Positions 8,602 through 15,520 of a DNA stretch of 21,450 nt are shown here, piece after piece. How positions within the stretch are numbered: the stretch's first letter is position 1; the number at the start of each line of letters is the position of its first letter. The notes below the pieces were generated by a model. That model did not search any database. It was not told the origin of the DNA and saw only the letters and a program-made list of their open reading frames with translations. Both the position numbers and the translations under genes were made by a program. Source of the stretch: Clostridia bacterium (lineage in GTDB: Bacteria; Bacillota; Clostridia; Christensenellales; Aristaeellaceae). The DNA lies in contig JAKSQG010000013.1 of assembly GCA_024404275.1 (NCBI GenBank), positions 1 through 21,450 on the forward strand, read 5' to 3'.

Positions 8602-9768
8602 TTGTACCGTCTGCTTACCGCCGCCGTGCTTCGCCGCGCAGGTTCGGATGAACGCCGTCAGCGCACGCTGATGAACACCGCTGCCTCCGTGGCAGGCATC
8701 GCAGTCAATCTGCTGCTGTTCGCGCTCAAGCTCGCCGCCTCCCTGCTGTCCGGAAGTCTGGCTGCCGCTGCCGATGCCATCAACAACCTTTCCGATGCCG
8801 CAAGCAGCGTGATGGCCCTTTTCTCCGTTCGTCTTGCCGAAAAGCACGCGACGGAAAAGAATCCTTTTGGATTCGGCCGTGCCGAGTATCTCGGTGCGTT
8901 GGGCGTGGGGCTTCTCATCGTGCTGATGGCACTGGAGCTGTTCCTTTCCGCCCTTCGCAGCCTGTTTTCTCCGGAGTCCGCCGTTTTTTCTCTTTCCGGC
9001 TTTCTGCTTCTGTTTTCCGGTATTCCATTCAAGCTCTGGCTCAGTCTTTTCTATCGCCGGGTGCATCGTCATACCAACAGCCCTGTGCTGAAAGCCGCGG
9101 AAGCAGACAGCCGCAGCGACTGCCTGGTCACCGGCGGGGTGCTGCTTTCGATGCTTGTAGGGCACCTTACAGGCTTTAACCCGGACGGCTGGATCAGTCT
9201 GCTCGTGGCTGCTTTCGTTTTCATGAGCGGCTTTACCGTGATCCGTGATACCGTCACACGTCTGCTGGGCGGCACCCCCGACCGGGAACTGGCTGAAAAG
9301 CTGCTGAAAAAAGTACGCAGCTACCCCTATATTCTCGATGTGCACGATTATGTCCTGCACGATTACGGTCCCGGCCGCTGCATGGCCTCCATTCACGCCG
9401 AGGTACCTGCCGACGGTGATCTGCTGCGCATGCACGATGTCATCGACCGCATGGAGCATGAGATCGAAGCCGAGTTTCACGTTCCCATCTGCGTGCACAT
9501 GGACCCCGTGACCGTCACCCCCGGCCCCGCCCGCGATACCGAGGCTGCACTCCACGCTTTCCTGCTCTCACTCGATCCGCCGCTACATCTGCACGATTTC
9601 CATTATGCTCTGCAGGACGGCATTCCCTCGATCAGTTTCGATGTGGATGTTCCCCCTTCCTTCCTCGATATGGATACAGTTGCCCCCGTCATCCGCAAGA
9701 AAGCCGATGAGCTGCTGCCCGGCTGCCTGTGCGACATTCATTTTGATAAGGAATACTACCATGTTTAA
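8602..9768 (+). CDS. Cation diffusion facilitator (CDF) family divalent-metal efflux transporter
   Basis: TM2 motif AADAINNLSDAASS, NPFGFGRAEYL, TM5 motif AEADSRSDCLVT, and a C-terminal cytoplasmic domain (DVHDYVLHDYGPGRCMASIHAEV). TTG 8602 is preceded by GAAGGGAGAG; ATG 8671 is an alternative start. Confidence 0.85.
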   Translation: MYRLLTAAVLRRAGSDERRQRTLMNTAASVAGIAVNLLLFALKLAASLLSGSLAAAADAINNLSDAASSVMALFSVRLAEKHATEKNPFGFGRAEYLGALGVGLLIVLMALELFLSALRSLFSPESAVFSLSGFLLLFSGIPFKLWLSLFYRRVHRHTNSPVLKAAEADSRSDCLVTGGVLLSMLVGHLTGFNPDGWISLLVAAFVFMSGFTVIRDTVTRLLGGTPDRELAEKLLKKVRSYPYILDVHDYVLHDYGPGRCMASIHAEVPADGDLLRMHDVIDRMEHEIEAEFHVPICVHMDPVTVTPGPARDTEAALHAFLLSLDPPLHLHDFHYALQDGIPSISFDVDVPPSFLDMDTVAPVIRKKADELLPGCLCDIHFDKEYYHV

Positions 9769-10747
9769 AAAGCTTTTCTGTTTGCTGCTGTGCCTTGTGC
9801 TGCTGCCGCTCCTGCCCGTTTCCGCCGAGGAATCGCTTGAAATGAATTCGGATGAAATCACTCAGCTCCTGTGGGAAATGTACCAATCCGAAAACGCCGA
9901 GGGCGATTTTATGGTGCTGCCGGATGACTACACCGTGCCCACCGCCGGCAAAACGGGCATCTACAACCTGCTGCTGCTCGGAATCGATAACTACACCAGT
10001 GCCCTCACCGGGCGCAGCGATACCATGATTCTGGCTTCGCTCAACGCCTATACGGGTGAATTGAAACTGGTCTCCTTCATGCGTGACACCTATGTGCAGA
10101 TTCCCGGACGCGGCTACAACAAGCTCAATGCCGCGCATTCCTTTGGCGGACCCAGCCTGCTCATCCAGACCATGGAACAAAGCTTCGGTGTACACATTGA
10201 CGGTTATCTCGCCGTCAATCTGGGATTGATGGCCGAACTGGTGGATGCCATCGGCGGTGTCGAAGCCGATGTCTCTGCCGACGAGCTCAAAAAGCTCAAC
10301 GGCATTCTGGAATATTACAACTGGAAGGTCGGTGTTGTCCCCTCGTCCACCGGTCGTCTGGAACAGCCCGGCAAACAGAAGCTCACCGGTCTGCAGGCCA
10401 TGTCCTATGCCCGTATCCGCAAGCTGGACAGCGATTTTGTGCGTGTGGAACGTCAGCAGGAGCTGATGCTGGATATACTGAACACCCTGCTTCAGATGGA
10501 CCTGGTCTCCCTCACCCGCATGATGTTCCTTTACATCGGCAAGGTCGGCACCGATGTGACCATGTCGGAGGGAGCCTCGCTGCTGTCCACCCTCATCAAC
10601 ATCAAACAGCTCCACATTTCCACCCTGCGTGTGCCCGTTGCGCATGCCTACGCCAGCAGAACGATCAACGAAACCTATTATGTGGTTCCGAATCTGCAAA
10701 AAAATCAGCAGGAAATCGATGCGTTCCTGTATGGTGTCAAGGAGTAA
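9761..10747 (+). CDS. LCP (LytR-CpsA-Psr) family cell-wall glycopolymer ligase with an N-terminal membrane anchor
   Basis: MFKKLFCLLLCLVLLPLLPVSA anchor or signal, followed by LLLLGIDN...GRSDTMILASLN...LVSFMRDTYVQIPGRGYNKLNAAHSFGGP...GVHIDGYLAVNL, the canonical LCP core. ATG 9761 overlaps the CDF stop by 8 nt; the track start at 9605 is spurious. Confidence 0.88.
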   Translation: MFKKLFCLLLCLVLLPLLPVSAEESLEMNSDEITQLLWEMYQSENAEGDFMVLPDDYTVPTAGKTGIYNLLLLGIDNYTSALTGRSDTMILASLNAYTGELKLVSFMRDTYVQIPGRGYNKLNAAHSFGGPSLLIQTMEQSFGVHIDGYLAVNLGLMAELVDAIGGVEADVSADELKKLNGILEYYNWKVGVVPSSTGRLEQPGKQKLTGLQAMSYARIRKLDSDFVRVERQQELMLDILNTLLQMDLVSLTRMMFLYIGKVGTDVTMSEGASLLSTLINIKQLHISTLRVPVAHAYASRTINETYYVVPNLQKNQQEIDAFLYGVKE

Positions 10748-10753
10748 CCGCCC

Positions 10754-12019
10754 ATGAAAAAGCTTTGTACTCTCCTGCTGCTTCTGCTGTGCCTGCTGAT
10801 GTTCTCTCCTGCCCAGGCGGAATACCGCACCCTCAGGCTGCACGATCACGGCGAGGATGTGCTGGAACTCAAGCATGCCATGTACTATCTCGGCTACTAC
10901 ACCTCGCTCAATATGACCGACACCTATAACGATACCATGGTGGAGCGTGTCAAAAAGCTTCAGAAGGCCAACGGCCTCAAGCAGACCGGCATCGCCACGC
11001 CGGAATTGCAGGAGCTGATCTTCTCCGGCAGCTGCATCGGCACCAGGGAAGCCCATCCGACGAGTGATCCCAATGCCACACCCACGCCCGTACCCACCCC
11101 GACTCCCGTCCCGACGCCTACAGCCGTACCGACAGCCACACCCACGCTTCCCCCTGCTCCCGAACCCGGTGTTTACCCCGAACTGCCCGAATGCAGCGAA
11201 AAAGGCTTCCTCCTCAACAAAAATGAGGAATTCATCCACGAAGATGAAAAAGGCGGTCTGTGGATTTACAAGTCTTCCACTTTAAGCGTGGAGATCCGCC
11301 GCATGACCGATCCCTCCATTCCGCTGGTCTGGTTTGAAACAGAGGTTTACTGCAGCCCCTCCTCGCCGCTTTCTTCCTTCCTGTCTACCAACAAAAAAAG
11401 CGCCGGCAAAGGCTATCAGTACCCCGCCGACCTCGCAAAGCAGGCGAAAGCCGTGCTGGCCATCACCGATGACTTTTTCGGCTCCCGTTGGAACAGCAAT
11501 GACACCGTGGGCATTATCATCCGCAACGGCAGCATCCTTTTTGACAAGACCTACAGCGCCAACAAGGGCCGTCTGCCCTGTCTGGAGGTGCTGGCTGTCA
11601 ACAAAGACGGCAGCATGAAAGCCTGCGTTTCCAACGCCTATTCCGCCAAAGAATACCTGTCCATGGGTTATACCAACACCTTTGCCTTCGGCCCCATCCT
11701 GGTCACAAACGGTCAGCCGGGCGTACATGTGTATGACGAAACCTATTATCACTACCGCGAGCCCCGCTGTGCCATGGGCATGATTGAGCCTTATCATTAC
11801 ATCATCCTGTCCGTCAAGGGCCGCACCAACGACTCCAAGGGGTGCTACTTCTCCTGGCTTGCCGATAAAATGCTGGAAAAAGGCGCCGTGGAAGCGCTCA
11901 ATCTGGATGGCGGCGGCACCGCCTCGCTGGTTTTCATGGGAAAGCCTCTGCTCGGCGGCAAACGTCAGGTCACCAGCATGATCACTTTCGGCTCTTCCCC
12001 CAAAGTCAGTACAAAATAA
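10754..12019 (+). CDS. Secreted phosphodiester glycosidase family (NAGPA/DUF2233-like) protein with an N-terminal peptidoglycan-binding domain and a Pro/Thr linker
   Basis: Signal peptide ending PAQA-EY. PG_binding_1-like repeat (LRLHDHGEDVLELKHAMYYLGYY...KKLQKANGLKQTGIATPELQ). PT-rich linker. C-terminal domain ending in the family-typical ALNLDGGGTASLVFMGK. Confidence 0.82.
   Translation: MKKLCTLLLLLLCLLMFSPAQAEYRTLRLHDHGEDVLELKHAMYYLGYYTSLNMTDTYNDTMVERVKKLQKANGLKQTGIATPELQELIFSGSCIGTREAHPTSDPNATPTPVPTPTPVPTPTAVPTATPTLPPAPEPGVYPELPECSEKGFLLNKNEEFIHEDEKGGLWIYKSSTLSVEIRRMTDPSIPLVWFETEVYCSPSSPLSSFLSTNKKSAGKGYQYPADLAKQAKAVLAITDDFFGSRWNSNDTVGIIIRNGSILFDKTYSANKGRLPCLEVLAVNKDGSMKACVSNAYSAKEYLSMGYTNTFAFGPILVTNGQPGVHVYDETYYHYREPRCAMGMIEPYHYIILSVKGRTNDSKGCYFSWLADKMLEKGAVEALNLDGGGTASLVFMGKPLLGGKRQVTSMITFGSSPKVSTK
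11075..11169 (+). repeat. Imperfect tandem Pro-Thr(-Val/Ala) coding repeat (interdomain linker)
   Basis: Encodes ATPTPVPTPTPVPTPTAVPTATPTLPPAPEPG from reiterated ACNCCN units inside the 10754..12019 CDS. Confidence 0.8.
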
Positions 12020-12031
12020 AAAACACAAGCA

Positions 12032-12078
12032 AAAACGGCATGCCTCTGATGATGAGACATGCCGTCTTATTATTTATT
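12032..12078. terminator. Bidirectional intrinsic terminator between convergent genes
   Basis: A long imperfect stem pairs 12032-12046 (aaaacggcatgcctc) with 12054-12068 (gagacatgccgtctt). Its core is ACGGCATG/CATGCCGT. It is flanked by an A-rich 5' side and a T-rich 3' side (attatttatt), so it can act for both the plus gene ending at 12019 and the minus gene ending at 12085. Confidence 0.7.
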
Positions 12079-12084
12079 GACCGC

Positions 12085-12441
12085 TTATTCTGCAATACCC
12101 AGTTCGATATCCTGCATGGATGTCATTTCCACCGTACCGTCCATGCCTTCCCAGATGTACACCAGGCACAGGTGGGACATTGCATCCGGCACCACGGGCG
12201 TTACCTTGGCCAGGAAGCAGTAATTGGTGCCGTTCACCACCTGCAGACCCAGCAGGGCAAGGGGCTCCACCAGGCTGCCGGTCCAGTTTTCAAAGGCCTT
12301 TTCAAACAGCGCCAGGGTATCGGCGTCCAGTTCCGTGGTCTCTGCCACAGACCAACCGCCTGCCATCATGCCTTCCGCCATCGCGCCGCAGCAGCTTCCG
12401 AGCAGAACCAGAGTCACAATCAATGCCAGCAGCTTTTTCAT
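12085..12441 (-). CDS. Small secreted, probably lipid-anchored, stefin/cystatin-like protein
   Basis: Signal peptide with a lipobox-like LLGSC, or an AMA-E SPase I site. The mature part carries GGWSVAE near its N-terminus and LQVVNGTNYCFLAKV, which matches the cystatin QxVxG loop and the stefin QVVAGTNY(F/Y)IKV block as I remember them. GGAGGAAAAAAC precedes ATG 12441. It lies 24 nt downstream of the flippase-like gene. The CDS call is solid; the function is inferred. Confidence 0.75.
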   Translation of the reverse strand: MKKLLALIVTLVLLGSCCGAMAEGMMAGGWSVAETTELDADTLALFEKAFENWTGSLVEPLALLGLQVVNGTNYCFLAKVTPVVPDAMSHLCLVYIWEGMDGTVEMTSMQDIELGIAE

Positions 12442-12465
12442 GTTTTTTCCTCCGTCATTATGGTT

Positions 12466-13539
12466 TTATACAGTCGGCGGTTCTCCGTTCGCGTCGTATA
12501 CGGGAATCCCGTCAAGCTTATCCTTTTTGCCGGTCAGGGACATGATCAGGAAATTGACCGCCCCCAACAGAATATAAACATAGAAGACAAAGAATCGCCA
12601 TGTCATCATAGCCCAGAAGGTGTTGCCGCTGCTCAGCTGCGAGAACACCAGATAAAAGCTGCCCTCTGCCACGCCGGCGTTGCCCGGGGTCGGGATGAAG
12701 GTGATGCCCGCCTGAATGGCAGTGATCGTAGCCAGACAATTCAGATACGGCAGGCTGCCGCCAAAGGCTTTCAGCACAAAATAGGGAATGGAGCACACCG
12801 CCAGCTGAAAAATCAGGCTCAATGCCATCAGCACCACGCACAGCAGCGGGTTGGTCAGCATTTTTTTCAGGCACTTGCTGTAGTTATCCAGCATGGTCCG
12901 CAGTTTGTCGATTTTTTCTTCAGGTTTTTTGATAATCCTGATATGCGACAGCAGACGGATGCCGCCGTTGAGGATACGCTGCGTCAGTTTGGGGCACACC
13001 GCGGTGAGAATAATCATCGTCGGAATGAAAGCGTAGCACGCCAATCCCAGATAAGCGGCGATGCGTACCGCCTCAGCCTGCGCGGCATGGGTGAACAGCA
13101 TCGTCAGCCCCAGCAGAATAAAGCTGATCTGTCCGCTCATAAAACCCGATAATGTAATTGCGGCGCTCTCCGGCCCCGGCAAGCCGCCCTTGGTCAGATA
13201 ATAGATCTGAAACGGCTGTCCGCCGATGGCCGCCGGCGTAATGTTGTCATAATACTTGCCGATCAGCACCGTGCGCAGCGCCAGCACCGGATGAAATTTT
13301 CCGCAAGCCTTTTTGATCAGGATGCAGTGCCGCAGCACATCCGAAAACATGGCCAGCAAAAAGCAGCCGAAGGCGGGAATGAGCAGCGCCCAGCGGATCT
13401 CGACCTATTGCAGCCCGGGAGCGTCCCGTGTTCCCGAAAATTCCGTATAAGCCGTCCAGGCAATGATGCCCACATTCAGCAGGATCAATGCCGCGGTGGA
13501 TAACAATTTTTTTGTTTTTTTGCTCAGGGGTCTTTTCAC
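12466..13539 (-). pseudogene. UPF0104 / lysyl-PG-synthase-TM-like ('flippase-like') polytopic membrane protein frame, interrupted by one in-frame TAG at 13405-13407
   Basis: The track lists 12466..13359 (TTG start) with family-typical blocks (YYDNITPAAIGGQPFQIYYL, IPTPGNAGVAEGSFYLVF). The same frame continues upstream as (GTG 13539)KRPLSKKTKKLLSTAALILLNVGIIAWTAYTEFSGTRDAPGLQ-TAG-VEIRWALLIPAFGCFLLAMFSD.... This supplies the basic N-terminus and TM1 expected for the family. GGAGAA lies 6 nt before GTG 13539; in-frame ATG 13569 is an alternative start. Confidence 0.75.
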
Positions 13540-13582
13540 CAAAGCTTCTCCGATACACACTATTGGCATTCAGCCTTCTGTT

Positions 13583-13611
13583 ATTTTATCGTATTTCTGC
13601 CATGATAGCAA
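13583..13611 (-). promoter_or_regulatory. Promoter for the flippase-like / cystatin-like operon
   Basis: The minus strand reads TTGCTA, a 17-nt spacer (tcatggcagaaatacga), then TAAAAT. The predicted transcription start near 13576 favours GTG 13539 over ATG 13569 as the translation start. Confidence 0.5.
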
Positions 13612-13668
13612 GAAAAAAATGCTGTTTTCCCCCTTTTTACGCTTTATCCGCTTTTGTTCATAAATCTG

Positions 13669-13697
13669 TTGGCTTGTTTTCCATTCCGTGATATAAT
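13669..13697 (+). promoter_or_regulatory. Extended -10 promoter for the MBL / Fe-S gene pair
   Basis: TTGGCT (13669-13674), a 17-nt spacer, then TGaTATAAT (13689-13697). AGAGGTG RBS precedes ATG 13720. Confidence 0.6.
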
Positions 13698-13719
13698 GGG
13701 TATCACAGAGGTGACAAAC

Positions 13720-14541
13720 ATGAAACTTCATTATTACGGCACAGGCGATGGCTATGGCATCCCGGAGCCTCTTTGTTCCTGTCGTCTTTGCAGCTATGCC
13801 CGTGCACACAGAGGAAAGGATATCCGCACCCGCTCCCAAGCCGTGTTGGAAGACCTGATGCTTGACTGCTCCGCCGACATGGCGCTGCACACGCTGTTTT
13901 ACGGGCTCGATATGCGCTGCTACCGCCATATCCTGATCACGCATCCGCATTCCGATCATTATGACCTATCGCAGTTCCGTGCCCGCTATACCGATACAGA
14001 GGGCTGGAATCTATATATACCCGAAAGTCTGTATCAATCCGAGCAGGCATCCCTCCTTCTGCAGCAACAGAATGAAAAAAAGAACCCGCCCCGTCGCGTC
14101 CCCATCCTGCATCCGGTAAAGCCCTTTGAACCTTTTGAGATCGGCAAAAACCGCATCACACCGCTCCCCTCCAACCACATGAAGGACGCGCTGCTGTACC
14201 TCATCACCCGCGAAAACAAAAGCGTTTTGTGGATTCACGATTCGGGGCTCCTTCTTCCCGAAACACAGCAATATCTTGCCGCGCACGCGCCGCATCTGGA
14301 CCTCGTATCGATGGATTGCACCCTCGCCCGCGGCTCAAACTTCACGCCTTCGCACATGGATATCCTTCAATGCGCTGAAACCGCCGCTTGGCTGCGTTCT
14401 GCAGGTCTGGCAGATGACCGCACCGTTTTTGTACTCAGCCACATCGGTCACCTCATTGACCGCACGCATAAAGAATTGTGCGCCGAGGCTGCCGAACTTG
14501 GTTTCATCGTCGCATACGACAACATGGAGATCGACTTTTAA
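13720..14541 (+). CDS. MBL-fold metallo-hydrolase, PhnP-like (cyclic phosphodiesterase-like)
   Basis: MKLHYYGTGDGYGIPEPLCSCRLCSYARAHRGKDIRTRS carries a CxCxxC structural-zinc motif as in PhnP. The beta-lactamase-fold motif ITHPHSDH is also present. 273 aa. True start is ATG 13720. Confidence 0.82.
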   Translation: MKLHYYGTGDGYGIPEPLCSCRLCSYARAHRGKDIRTRSQAVLEDLMLDCSADMALHTLFYGLDMRCYRHILITHPHSDHYDLSQFRARYTDTEGWNLYIPESLYQSEQASLLLQQQNEKKNPPRRVPILHPVKPFEPFEIGKNRITPLPSNHMKDALLYLITRENKSVLWIHDSGLLLPETQQYLAAHAPHLDLVSMDCTLARGSNFTPSHMDILQCAETAAWLRSAGLADDRTVFVLSHIGHLIDRTHKELCAEAAELGFIVAYDNMEIDF

Positions 14542-14558
14542 TAGAGAAGGTGTATATA

Positions 14559-15404
14559 ATGCTCACCCGTGAAATGATTCTGGAGGAATTGTCCCGTTTC
14601 TGCAAGGAAGACGCCGGCAACTACGTATCTCCCGACCGGGCAATTACTCCTTCCGATGCGGGACAACGCATGTATGACGCTCCCATCATTGCCATCGGCA
14701 GCGTTGATGATCCCTGGTGGCAGCACCTCAAGGAACCGCAGGCCATCGGCCCCCATTTCAAGGGACCCACCGAATGGCTTCCCACTGCCCGCACAGTGGT
14801 ATCGTATTTTGCCCCCTTCACCGAGTTTGTGCGCCGCGGTAACGAAGCTGACCCTCTCGAGGTCGGTCACGGCTGGCTGTATGCCCGCGTGGATGGTCAG
14901 GCCTTTTTGCACCGTCTCAACCACCATATGGAGGATTTTTTCCGTCAGCACGGTGTGGAGGCCATCAGTCCCTACGCCAGTGCTGATTTCCAACATGTCT
15001 TTGCCGCCGGTACCAATCCCGCGCTCGACCCTGCCCTTTCCTTCACCAGCAACTGGAGTGAGCGTCACGTGGCCTATGTCTGCGGTCTGGGTACTTTCGG
15101 TCTGTCGAAAGGTCTCATCACCAAAAAGGGCGTTGCGGGACGCTTTGGCAGCTTTGTTGTAAGTGCCGACCTGCCCACCGATGAACGTCCCTACACCGGC
15201 CTGTACGATTACTGCAGCATGTGCGGCCGCTGCGCCAAAAACTGTCCCGCTCACGCCATTACCCTCGAGGAAGGCAAAAAGCATCCTCCCTGCAGCGCTT
15301 ATGTCAAATCAATGGGCGTCAAATACAGTCCCTTCTTCGGCTGCGGCAAATGTCAGGTCAACACCCCCTGTGAGCGCGGCATCGCCAATCCCAAGTTTCG
15401 CTGA
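14559..15404 (+). CDS. QueG / reductive-dehalogenase-superfamily protein with two [4Fe-4S] motifs (epoxyqueuosine reductase-like)
   Basis: C-terminal CSMCGRCAKNCPAHAI and FGCGKCQVNTPCERG cluster motifs follow a ~200-aa QueG/RdhA-like core. GAGAAGGTG precedes ATG 14559. It starts 17 nt after the MBL gene. The specific substrate is unknown. Confidence 0.75.
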   Translation: MLTREMILEELSRFCKEDAGNYVSPDRAITPSDAGQRMYDAPIIAIGSVDDPWWQHLKEPQAIGPHFKGPTEWLPTARTVVSYFAPFTEFVRRGNEADPLEVGHGWLYARVDGQAFLHRLNHHMEDFFRQHGVEAISPYASADFQHVFAAGTNPALDPALSFTSNWSERHVAYVCGLGTFGLSKGLITKKGVAGRFGSFVVSADLPTDERPYTGLYDYCSMCGRCAKNCPAHAITLEEGKKHPPCSAYVKSMGVKYSPFFGCGKCQVNTPCERGIANPKFR

Positions 15405-15437
15405 GACCACACAATTTTCATAACCGTTTCAAGCATT

Positions 15438-15469
15438 GACTGCCTTCCCTTCGAAGGCAGTCTTTTTTT
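15438..15469 (+). terminator. Intrinsic terminator of the MBL / Fe-S operon
   Basis: GACTGCCTT (15438-15446) pairs with AAGGCAGTC (15454-15462) and is followed by TTTTTTT (15463-15469). Confidence 0.8.
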
Positions 15470-15470
15470 A

Positions 15471-15502
15471 AAGCAAAACCCCCTGCCCTTACGGGCAGGG
15501 GG
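15471..15502 (-). terminator. Intrinsic terminator of the minus-strand ABC operon
   Basis: CCCCCTGCCC (15479-15488), loop TTAC, then GGGCAGGGGG (15493-15502). On the minus strand the hairpin is followed by TTTTGCTT. It lies 19 nt after the binding-protein stop. Confidence 0.7.
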
Positions 15503-15520
15503 CGCGTTATGCTTCGAGGA

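Noticed and set aside
11075-11169. Reiterated ACNCCN units that could be mistaken for a non-coding tandem repeat or array
   Set aside because: They are in frame within the glycosidase CDS and encode a Pro/Thr linker between two domains. There are no spacers or flanking repeat structure.
12040-13152. A 370-aa plus ORF, together with plus ORFs 19002..19967 and 20091..21125 and minus ORFs 14538..15284 and 20952..21419
   Set aside because: They are antisense shadows of the flippase-like gene, panF, yhdT, the Fe-S protein gene and yajC respectively. They have no recognisable domains and compositions typical of the reverse frame of GC3-rich genes.
13247-13558. A 103-aa minus ORF overlapping the 5' end of the flippase-like gene
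   Set aside because: It is out of frame with the conserved membrane protein and has no hydrophobic helices. The in-frame reading through TAG 13405-13407 gives a coherent N-terminus with an RBS, so this ORF is an artefact of the broken gene.
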